Part shown: piece by piece, positions 16,502-23,899 of the stretch | Position numbering within the stretch: the first letter of the stretch is position 1 | Layout: every line of letters begins with the position of its first letter | Assembly (NCBI RefSeq): GCF_000235445.1 | Contig: NZ_JH378833.1 | Coordinates: 25,573-57,572 of the forward strand | Origin: Johnsonella ignava ATCC 51276 | GTDB taxonomy: Bacteria > Bacillota > Clostridia > Lachnospirales > Lachnospiraceae | Reading direction: 5' to 3' | Length of the DNA: 32,000 bases | The notes under the pieces: model-generated | Database searches by the model: none | Told to the model about the DNA's origin: nothing | The model's input: only the letters and a program-made list of their open reading frames with translations | Position numbers and translations under genes: made by a program

Positions 16502-17695
16502 ATGATTTGTCCTAAATGCGGGATTGACAATCCCGCTTTTAATAAATATTGCATTAAATGCAAATCTGCACTTTTGGTGAATGATATAAAATCACATTCC
16601 GGAAATGAACAAGTCCATGCAAAAAATGACTCAATCGGCACTGAGCTAACTTCGGCAATGCATAATACATTAAATAATGCTTCAACTGTACCCGTTACAC
16701 CTGCTGTGCCTGCTACACCCGCTACACAAAATTTCACCGGCAATATTCAAAAAAATCCAGCCGGTTATTATAAAGAATCACCGGATTTACCGGGAAGTAC
16801 GGGAAAGCAAAATCTCTACACTTCAATCAGCGGCAAAAATACGGGATGCGGTTATCAAAACCGCAGAGAACATGACAATTATTACCGAAATGATCCTCAT
16901 ACATATAACAATTATAATCATATAAATAACCGTACAGCAAATTATAATCAGCAAAGCATCCATAAAAACCGTGATTATCCTGCTGACAGAAATATCGGCA
17001 ATTACCGTAATCTTCATAATACTTATAACAGCGGCAATGTAAATACCGCTAACCGCATGCAGCATAATAATAACGGCTATTATGACAGAGCTTATAACAG
17101 TACCGGCAGCGGTTATCACGGTAATGGATATAATGACAGTTACAGGCATAATGGCAGCGGCTTTAATAACAGAAATGATACCTATATTCATAGGGACGGC
17201 GGCTTTAATAGCGGCAATGCTCCCTACAGGCATAAGGACGGCAGCTTTAACGGCAGCAATGATACATATAGGAATAATGTCAACAGCTTTAACGGCAAAA
17301 GTGGTGTCTACATAAATAAAGGCGGCGGTTTTAATAGCGGCAATAACAGATACAATTCAGGCGGATATAACAGTAACAGTTATAACGGAGAGGGTTATAA
17401 TAGCCATCCGTTGCAAAATCCCGAAAACGGTTTTAACGGTGAGCCGAGATATGGCGCTCCGGGATATGGCTGTAATAAACCCGGATACCCTATGTATCAG
17501 CAGTATCCTTATATGCACGAAAATGCAGATTTCGACTCTCCTTATGATGATTATTATGAACTTAATTATAAATACGATGTTTATAAAGTTACAGGAGGTA
17601 TATCGCCGGTAGTTATAGGTTTTTTATTAAGCTTCATTATATTTATAATCAGTACTTTATATTTTGTACATATAACCATACCAAATACTTTGTAA
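16502..17695 (+). CDS. Zinc-ribbon protein with a long Asn/Tyr/Gly-rich low-complexity region and a single C-terminal transmembrane anchor
   Basis: A strong SD (CAGGAGGATCT) precedes the ATG. The N-terminal zinc ribbon is CPKCG-x11-CIKC. About 300 aa follow that are dominated by N, Y, G, R, S and H. The C-terminal hydrophobic helix is ISPVVIGFLLSFIIFIISTLYFV, 10 residues from the end. Confidence 0.75.
   Translation: MICPKCGIDNPAFNKYCIKCKSALLVNDIKSHSGNEQVHAKNDSIGTELTSAMHNTLNNASTVPVTPAVPATPATQNFTGNIQKNPAGYYKESPDLPGSTGKQNLYTSISGKNTGCGYQNRREHDNYYRNDPHTYNNYNHINNRTANYNQQSIHKNRDYPADRNIGNYRNLHNTYNSGNVNTANRMQHNNNGYYDRAYNSTGSGYHGNGYNDSYRHNGSGFNNRNDTYIHRDGGFNSGNAPYRHKDGSFNGSNDTYRNNVNSFNGKSGVYINKGGGFNSGNNRYNSGGYNSNSYNGEGYNSHPLQNPENGFNGEPRYGAPGYGCNKPGYPMYQQYPYMHENADFDSPYDDYYELNYKYDVYKVTGGISPVVIGFLLSFIIFIISTLYFVHITIPNTL
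17138..17347 (+). repeat. Five in-frame 42-nt (14-aa) tandem repeats inside the zinc-ribbon protein gene
   Basis: The units start at 17138, 17180, 17222, 17264 and 17306. They encode SYRHNGSGFNNRND / TYIHRDGGFNSGNA / PYRHKDGSFNGSND / TYRNNVNSFNGKSG / VYINKGGGFNSGNN. Confidence 0.85.
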
Positions 17696-17803
17696 TTAAA
17701 ACACTCTGACAATATACAGAAAGTAAAATATAAACGAAACGTTGATATAAACAATATATATTTCCGGTTTTAATATTAAGACAGCAAAATTTAAACAATA
17801 AAA

Positions 17804-17856
17804 CCCGGCTTATAAATATGTTCCCTGAATTTCAGGCACATATCATATAAGCCGGA
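17804..17856. terminator. Bidirectional intrinsic terminator between convergent genes
   Basis: CCGGCTTATA and TATAAGCCGG form a 10-bp stem, extended by ATATG/CATAT and an inner CCTG/CAGG helix. ATTTTATTTAT lies 3' on the plus strand and AATAAAA lies on the other flank. Confidence 0.6.
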
Positions 17857-17949
17857 TTTTATTTATATACATGTTATAAATTACAAACTCGTCAATAAAC
17901 ACAATATAACTATATAACCCAATCTACAATAAATACTTTATCGCAATAA

Positions 17950-20319
17950 TTATTTTATCCACTCTCCGGAAGCATTTACTCTATACCCGTCAGGTGTAGT
18001 TTCATTAACTGCCATACTTCCATCCGCTTTTACATAATACCATCTGCCATTTGATTCTATCCATATATTTTCTGCCATTTCCCCTGAAGCATGAACAAAA
18101 TACCATTTATTATTTACAGACTGCCATGATGTAAGCATATATCCTTCTTTATCAAATATATACCATTTATGTTTTATAATTACCCACTGGTTTTTAGCAT
18201 ATTCCTGACCCTGCACTTTAAGTTTATACCACCAGCCCTTTGAATTTTTAATCCACTCTCCGGGTACATCTCCCTGAGCATTTACAAGAGTTTTGTCAGG
18301 TGTAATATTTACAGAGTTTGATGAGATCCTGTTAAATGTTTGTAAGCCTGCAGATGAACCTCCACTGCCGCTACCGCTTCTGCTGCTGCCATTGCCGCCT
18401 CTACTGCTGCCACCTGAGCCACCGCTTGTATTATTATTTGCACCGCTACCGGCCTTATTAGAATTGTTATTCGGTACATCAGGTTTTTTATCAGTCAGGT
18501 CTGATTTATTATTAGGTTGTTCAGGTTTCTTATTAGGCTGTTCAGGCTTATTATCAGGTACATTCGGTTTCTTATCCGGCTGTTCAGGTTTATTGTCGGG
18601 TACATCAGGTTTTTTATCCGGTTGTTCAGGTTTATTGTCGGGTGCATCAGGTTTCTTATCCGGCTGTTCAGGTTTACTGTCGGGTCCATCAGAACCTTCT
18701 TCATAATACAGTACCAGTGCGGTACCTGCCTCAAGGTTTGCCGTATTAGCCTTAAAGACCGCAAACTGCTTTCCTTCTTTATTTCTTATAATTTTTACAA
18801 GACCAAGAGTTCCGTCATCTGCACCGTAATGGAATGAGCGAAGCTTATATCCGGAAAATCTCCTTACATTATCAATATTTATAACATATTCTTCTCCTAA
18901 TAACGCTTCAACCCTGTCCTCTATATCATGCCCTTCACTATCCCTGAAATATTCCTTAATCTTATCTGAAACGGCATCTTTTGAGGGATGTATATACTTC
19001 ATAGTAATATTAAATTTTTTGCTGCTGTCAAGACTTTCTTCTTTAAGTCCCTCAAAAGCTTCATTAAGATCCTTTATAGCCTTATCAACATCTTCTTTGG
19101 TTGCATAATTTTTATCAAAAATAATTTTTCCCGCATTTTCAAGTTCTCTATAAAATACTGTCCTGCTCTCTGTAGTATATCCTCTGCTTCCTGCAATTAT
19201 CTTATCAACTGCCTTGTAATACAATTCTTCAAGTCCGGAAGTATCTACTTCTTTATAATCTTCCCATACAAGCTCCTGTGCTTTATTATTTAAATTTTCA
19301 GCTGCAACTGCTATATCTCTATGCGTTGTTATAGGACCAGCCTCCTGACTTGGAACAATTGATTTTAAATCCTTAAGTTCCATATACTCTTTTGCAATTG
19401 CATAAGCTCTTATAAACGGGTCATAGGAATCCTTTGTATATCTTTTACCGTTGCTTCCGTTTAACGCTATTTTTTCATCGGCAATTTTTATTGCTTCACT
19501 TAATACATGCTTATCAAAAGGCTTAGGCGTCATAGCTGAAAAGGCTTCATTTAAAGCCTTTCTCATCGACTCAAGCTCATTATTTGTAACAGCCGCATTA
19601 TTCTGCTTCGCCTTTTCAATTAACTTACGGGCTTCTTCATTTTTTTCAAGATATGCATTTTCAGTATTTTCTTCAATCTCAAGTCCTGCATTCTTTGCCG
19701 CACTGTATTCATTCCAATGCTCAACTATCGCCTCATCAAGAGGTGCAGTGTCTATTATTACCGCTTCATCATCTATGTTCACAGTAAATTCTTCATCATC
19801 AAGAACAAGGGTTATATTATCTCCGGTAACCGTAATGGTTGAATCAGCAGCAAGTCCTTCAGCCTTAAAAATCTTTTTATCATATTTAGAATTGGTATCC
19901 TCTTTTGCCCACATAAGCCAGCTCTTTATATATCCACCATTATATTTTACATAGTTAGTATCCTGTGGCAGATAAAGTTTTCCCTCGTACTCATCGGGAC
20001 CGCCAAAATCCTGTGAACTTACAGGAATCTTACATTCAGCATATAGTAACACATCACGTGAATTGTTTAATCTGTTTTTCCTTACAGTAACTGCATAAAC
20101 ATATATATCTCCCTGTACTTTTGTATGATCAATTGATATAATCTGAGCCTTACTATGGGATTTAGCCCACTCCAGATCCATCTTTTCTTCTTTTATATCC
20201 GACTGTGCATATACAGTACCTCCTGCCTGTTCATCTGCATAAGCTTGTTTTATATTCGACAAAGCCCCGGACATAAAGCACGACAGCATCATTAAAGCTA
20301 ATAAACTTTTTTTCAACAT
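17950..20319 (-). CDS. Secreted cell-surface protein: signal peptide, N-terminal domain, FIVAR-like helical repeats, Pro-rich repeats, Gly/Ser linker and C-terminal cell-wall-binding (choline-binding-type) repeats
   Basis: 789 aa. SD AGGGAGA is present. The signal peptide is MLKKSLLALMMLSCFMSGALSNIKQAYA-DE. FIVAR-like units include VDTSGLEELYYKAVDKI..YTTESRTVFYRELENAGKII..ATKEDVDKAIKDLNEAFEGLK. These are followed by KPEQPDKKPDxPDN repeats, then GSGGSSRGGNGSSRSGSGSGGSS, then aromatic GW repeats (GWWYKLK.., HKWYIFDKEGYMLTSW, NKWYFVHASGEMAENIW, GRWYYVKADGSMAVN). Confidence 0.85.
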   Translation of the reverse strand: MLKKSLLALMMLSCFMSGALSNIKQAYADEQAGGTVYAQSDIKEEKMDLEWAKSHSKAQIISIDHTKVQGDIYVYAVTVRKNRLNNSRDVLLYAECKIPVSSQDFGGPDEYEGKLYLPQDTNYVKYNGGYIKSWLMWAKEDTNSKYDKKIFKAEGLAADSTITVTGDNITLVLDDEEFTVNIDDEAVIIDTAPLDEAIVEHWNEYSAAKNAGLEIEENTENAYLEKNEEARKLIEKAKQNNAAVTNNELESMRKALNEAFSAMTPKPFDKHVLSEAIKIADEKIALNGSNGKRYTKDSYDPFIRAYAIAKEYMELKDLKSIVPSQEAGPITTHRDIAVAAENLNNKAQELVWEDYKEVDTSGLEELYYKAVDKIIAGSRGYTTESRTVFYRELENAGKIIFDKNYATKEDVDKAIKDLNEAFEGLKEESLDSSKKFNITMKYIHPSKDAVSDKIKEYFRDSEGHDIEDRVEALLGEEYVINIDNVRRFSGYKLRSFHYGADDGTLGLVKIIRNKEGKQFAVFKANTANLEAGTALVLYYEEGSDGPDSKPEQPDKKPDAPDNKPEQPDKKPDVPDNKPEQPDKKPNVPDNKPEQPNKKPEQPNNKSDLTDKKPDVPNNNSNKAGSGANNNTSGGSGGSSRGGNGSSRSGSGSGGSSAGLQTFNRISSNSVNITPDKTLVNAQGDVPGEWIKNSKGWWYKLKVQGQEYAKNQWVIIKHKWYIFDKEGYMLTSWQSVNNKWYFVHASGEMAENIWIESNGRWYYVKADGSMAVNETTPDGYRVNASGEWIK
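18487..18696 (-). repeat. About five 42-nt in-frame tandem repeats encoding the Pro-rich KPEQPDKKPD(A/V)PDN spacer
   Basis: The plus-strand motif (C/T)TTATCCGG(C/T)TGTTCAGGTT recurs at 18571, 18613 and 18655. More diverged units occur at 18529 and 18487. The period is exactly 42 nt. Confidence 0.85.
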
Positions 20320-20519
20320 ACTAATTCTCCCTTTATTAATTTTATTTTTGTGTTAGCCATTGCTAACCAGTTATGCAAAACATATTCTAGCATAATCGCT
20401 TTACTTGTCAATAAAAAATATAATTATATCATTATAAAAAATAAGTCTATATAAAAATTACTCCGGATTATAACTTTATATGAGTTTCAAAGTTATATAT
20501 TATAATTTTTTATGTTTTA

Positions 20520-20548
20520 TTGTTAAATTTACACTTATATGCTATAAT
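20520..20548 (+). promoter_or_regulatory. Candidate sigma-A promoter for the TerD/AIM24 gene pair
   Basis: TTGTTA (20520-20525), a 17-nt spacer, then TATAAT (20543-20548) preceded by TGC (extended -10). This leaves a leader of about 120 nt. Confidence 0.45.
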
Positions 20549-20673
20549 TTACAAGTTATAAAAAATACAATCTATATTTTATTTTTTAAATTTTACTTTA
20601 TTACATACATAGATATTTTACTGATAATATCTATATAAAAAATTACAATATTTTATTATTTGAGGGAAGATAT

Positions 20674-21591
20674 ATGAATAATATTCCAATGAAATCATCC
20701 TCACCTATAAGCAGTACCGATTTAAATAATCTCAATAATACTACAGGTACCGCTGTTGAGAGCAATAATATTACAAATATAAATCTGCCGAAAACTCAAG
20801 CTTATAAACAGCAAAATAATCAGGTCGGCAATATGCCGCATTCGGCTGCAACAAATCAGGTCGGCAATATGCAACATGCAGCTGCAACAAATCAGGTCGG
20901 CAACATGCAGCATGCAGCTGCAGCCGGTCAGACTGCACCTGTTATGCCTGACAATCGTTTTCAGTTAAATCAAAGTCAAAACGGTATGTCTCACTCAAAT
21001 CAGACAAACTGTTCTACAGAGGCAAAACCTCTGCCGCAGCTTAAAAAGCCTGTACAGAAAGGACAAAAAGTAATCCTTGATGAATCCGGCAGAATTACAA
21101 AACTAAAGGTTTGCCTTGGTTGGAATGTAAAAAATCCTGAATGTGATATTGATGTCTCCGCTTTTATGCTTGGAAAGAATTCAAAAGTCATAGGAGATGA
21201 ATGGTTCGTATTTTACGGTCAGACCGAGAGCCCTGATAAAAGTCTTAATTTTACTCCTCAGGACAATATTGACCGCCAATATATATCAATAGATTTTTCA
21301 AAACTTAATAAAGATACTGCAAAAATAGTATTTGTTCTTACGATAAATGAGGCTTTTGCAAAACACCTTAACTTCAGCATGGTATATGATGCATATATAA
21401 GGATACTTGACTTTAACTCCGGAAATGAACTTATAAGCTTTAAAATGACCGACTACTACCAAAATGTCATATCAATGATGATAGGAGAGTTATACCTGCA
21501 TAACGGAAGCTGGAAATTTAATGCGATAGGTAACGGGGTTGCAAAAGATCTTAACGGATTATGCGGACTTTACGGCGTAAACGTTGAATAA
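20674..21591 (+). CDS. TerD-domain stress protein with an atypical ~120-aa N-terminal low-complexity extension
   Basis: SD GAGGGAAG is present. The C-terminal ~185 aa match the TerD/CABP1 pattern: KGQKVILD..KLKVCLGWN..CDIDVSAFMLG..DEWFVFYGQ..ISIDFSKL..KIVFVLTINEA..NFSMVYDAYIRILD..ELISFKM..MMIGELYLHNGSWKFNAIGNGVAKDLNGLCGLYGVNV. The N-terminal part is N/Q/S/T-rich and carries three NQVGNM(P/Q)H(S/A)AA(T/A) repeats. Confidence 0.85.
   Translation: MNNIPMKSSSPISSTDLNNLNNTTGTAVESNNITNINLPKTQAYKQQNNQVGNMPHSAATNQVGNMQHAAATNQVGNMQHAAAAGQTAPVMPDNRFQLNQSQNGMSHSNQTNCSTEAKPLPQLKKPVQKGQKVILDESGRITKLKVCLGWNVKNPECDIDVSAFMLGKNSKVIGDEWFVFYGQTESPDKSLNFTPQDNIDRQYISIDFSKLNKDTAKIVFVLTINEAFAKHLNFSMVYDAYIRILDFNSGNELISFKMTDYYQNVISMMIGELYLHNGSWKFNAIGNGVAKDLNGLCGLYGVNVE
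20818..20925 (+). repeat. Three 36-nt in-frame tandem repeats in the TerD N-terminal extension
   Basis: AATCAGGTCGGCAA(T/C)ATG(CCG/CAA/CAG)CAT(TCG/GCA)GCTGCA(ACA/GCC) occurs at 20818, 20854 and 20890. Confidence 0.9.
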
Positions 21592-21666
21592 CATCAGGTT
21601 TTATACGGTTTTTAGCATTTCACAATTGCATAAAATATTTTATTTAAAATGGAGGAATAAACAATT

Positions 21667-22377
21667 ATGTTATTATTTGAAATTATAAACGAACTTACCC
21701 TTAAAGTAACCTGTAAAGGCAGCGATGTCTTATTTGCAAAAAAAGGATCATTTATTGCAGGTGAAAGTATGAATGGCAAAAATTATACTTTTGAAAAATT
21801 GATGCTTGGTCCTCAGAATGATTTTCTTCAGGCTGCCATAGGCTCCTTTATACGACATGCCACAGGTGAAAACCTGCCTCTTATGAAAGTAAGTATGAAT
21901 GGAGATTCAATTACATACTATGCAAACTACGGGCAGCACGTTGTTGTATATAAATTAAGTCCCGGAGAAATCGTATCTGTTGAGTCTGAAAATATACTTG
22001 CTTTTACACAGGATTGTGATTATAAGGTACGCTTTATAGGAGTCGGAATTATATCTCAGAAAGGCTTTGCAACTTCCACTCTTACGGGAAAGGGTCCTAA
22101 TGCCTATGTTGCTATGCTTTCAGACGGCAACCCTCTTGTACTTAGCAATATATCAAATCATGAAACTATATCGGTTGACCCTGATGCGGTTATATGCTGG
22201 ATGAGTCAGAATAATTACGGAGATCCTCAAGTAATGCTTGACCGTCTGTCATGGAAGAATATAATAGGTCAGCATTCCGGAGAATCTTATGCATTCGAGT
22301 GGTCGGGGGCACAGCCTGTCTCAGTGCTTTTACAGCCTTCTGAAAGAAAAGGAGGTATAAAAGTAGGTATAGATTAA
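21667..22377 (+). CDS. AIM24-family (DUF124-like) protein, tentative
   Basis: 236 aa, starting 75 nt after terD. The layout (..KGSFIAGES.., LSPGEIVSVESENILAF, LTGKGPNAYVAML.., ISVDPDAVICW, SGESYAFEWSG..VLLQP) resembles my recollection of bacterial AIM24 proteins. Not verified by HMM. Confidence 0.55.
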   Translation: MLLFEIINELTLKVTCKGSDVLFAKKGSFIAGESMNGKNYTFEKLMLGPQNDFLQAAIGSFIRHATGENLPLMKVSMNGDSITYYANYGQHVVVYKLSPGEIVSVESENILAFTQDCDYKVRFIGVGIISQKGFATSTLTGKGPNAYVAMLSDGNPLVLSNISNHETISVDPDAVICWMSQNNYGDPQVMLDRLSWKNIIGQHSGESYAFEWSGAQPVSVLLQPSERKGGIKVGID

Positions 22378-22404
22378 ATTATACATATCTTACCCTTATT
22401 TAAA

Positions 22405-22453
22405 AATATCGCCGCTATCCATAAATTACCTGATTATGGACAGCGGCGATATT
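22405..22453. terminator. Long hairpin terminator between the convergent AIM24-like gene and the small minus-strand ORF
   Basis: AATATCGCCGCTATCCATAA and TTATGGACAGCGGCGATATT form a 20-bp stem with one mismatch and a loop of about 9 nt. Confidence 0.65.
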
Positions 22454-22529
22454 ACTAAATTATTCAAATTGTAATAACTTTAATTTAAGTTTTACCTTTT
22501 TGTACACTTTATTAGTGTTATCGTATTTT

Positions 22530-22736
22530 TTATATACTATTTTCTTCATCATTATGAGCAACGTTATTATAAGTTCCATTACTACCCGAACTGTAGGTAT
22601 TGTTATGACTCATATTATTATCTGCTGAATTTTTATCATGCATTGCAGCATTCCATAAACCATATGAGCCTTTTCTTATAAAATGTCTTAAAATACCTAT
22701 TGTGAATCCAAGTATCATAACTAACAAAATCACCAT
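22530..22736 (-). CDS. Small (68 aa) membrane peptide with an Asn-rich tail; hypothetical
   Basis: SD AAAGGAG lies 9 nt upstream of the ATG. The N-terminal TM helix is MVILLVMILGFTIGIL, followed by a basic stretch RHFIRK. The C-terminal tail is DKNSADNNMSHNNTYSSGSNGTYNNVAHNDEENSI. Confidence 0.35.
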   Translation of the reverse strand: MVILLVMILGFTIGILRHFIRKGSYGLWNAAMHDKNSADNNMSHNNTYSSGSNGTYNNVAHNDEENSI

Positions 22737-22897
22737 TCCTGCAATCTCCTTTCGACTTTAAAAAAATTTTATACTTTACATTAGCATATAAAATATTTAA
22801 ATGCAATATAAATATGCTTTTTTATAATAAATTATCTGCATAAAAATACTCTTTTATTTTTTATAACTTCTCATATACACATAACATATATTTTATA

Positions 22898-23899
22898 TTA
22901 TTTTAAAATATCCTTACGATACTCACCTTGCCAATAATAAACGATACCGTCATCCATCTGTATTTCACCTACCTTCGATTTTTCCGGCACCATCATTTCT
23001 TTTATACGGCTGTCTCCTGTCAGCCAGCCGCTCATCCGCTTAGTTCTCGCTCTTTCTATGGAGTATTGTGCATTATTAAACCAATCCTTTTCATATTTAA
23101 ATGCCTTTATGTCTTCCACATGGAATTCACCATTTTGATTTATTTTTATATCCGCCTCTACAAAATATCCTTCTATGCCTATCGGTTTAGACATATAATA
23201 AATTTTAAAGCCTCCGTCATACTCATCTTTTTTTAATAAAACATCTATATGCGTAAGTTCTTCCGGGGCGTATCTAAAGCGGCGACAATTCGTCAATGCC
23301 TCTGATAAATACCGAAAATACCCGTCTTCATCATACTCCTTTAAAAAATATTCCTGAGTATCAAATAGAATTTCACGATATCCCTCCCATGCTCCGACAT
23401 GTTGATTCGAGTCAAAAAAAATACCCGTATTCACTAAAAAACGTTCTTCCCCTCTTCTATATTCTTGCGGTTTTATCTGAGCCATTATTTCCTGTGCCTT
23501 TTCTTTAGTGCTGTACGGAACGTAATACAAAGAGGTGTTATCTTTTAAATATTTAAATTTATTAGGATAGCTGTATCCTTGTACTCCATAAAAAATATCC
23601 TGAGTTTTTCCTGACCTAAGATGTACTTTCCAACGTAATATTTTATTTATCGCAAAAGGTATCATACCGGTCTCCCCGTATTCTTCCAGTTCACCTATAA
23701 TTAAATTATATCTGTTTATTAAAAAATCATTTACTTCATACATTTGAGCAAGTGCTTTACCGTCTCTGATTATATGCATGATAAAAATCTTTAAGTTTAT
23801 AAAAAACAAAATACATATAAATATTATTATCACTTTCAATATAATAAAATATATTTTTTTAGCTATATCTATTATATGTTTTTTAATATTATTTTTCAT
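22898..23899 (-). CDS. Hypothetical membrane-anchored protein (about 333 aa) with no recognisable domain
   Basis: I prefer the ATG at 23899 (MKNNIKKH..), with GAGGGA 4 nt upstream. It overlaps the upstream gene's stop by 11 nt (ATGAAAAATAA). One N-terminal TM helix (IYFIILKVIIIFICILFFINLKIFIMHII) is followed by a Tyr/Glu/Lys-rich domain of about 280 aa. The ORF-track start at 23950 has no SD. Confidence 0.7.
   Translation of the reverse strand: MKNNIKKHIIDIAKKIYFIILKVIIIFICILFFINLKIFIMHIIRDGKALAQMYEVNDFLINRYNLIIGELEEYGETGMIPFAINKILRWKVHLRSGKTQDIFYGVQGYSYPNKFKYLKDNTSLYYVPYSTKEKAQEIMAQIKPQEYRRGEERFLVNTGIFFDSNQHVGAWEGYREILFDTQEYFLKEYDEDGYFRYLSEALTNCRRFRYAPEELTHIDVLLKKDEYDGGFKIYYMSKPIGIEGYFVEADIKINQNGEFHVEDIKAFKYEKDWFNNAQYSIERARTKRMSGWLTGDSRIKEMMVPEKSKVGEIQMDDGIVYYWQGEYRKDILK

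Noticed and set aside
16405-16743. 112-aa minus-strand ORF overlapping the start of the zinc-ribbon gene
   Set aside because: It has no SD, is antisense to a gene with an excellent SD, and runs into the hpf terminator region. Likely a chance ORF.
16823-17315. Overlapping ORFs (136 aa minus strand, 77 aa and 82 aa plus strand) within the zinc-ribbon gene
   Set aside because: These are artefacts of low-complexity repetitive DNA, which keeps alternative frames open (Ile/Val/Ala/Thr-rich nonsense peptides).
18293-18837. Three overlapping ORFs (137, 89 and 106 aa) in the Pro-rich and Gly/Ser-rich part of the 789-aa gene. The same applies to 31263..31520 in the 692-aa gene.
   Set aside because: Repeat-induced open frames with no SDs. 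The long frame with signal peptide and cell-wall-binding repeats is clearly the real one.
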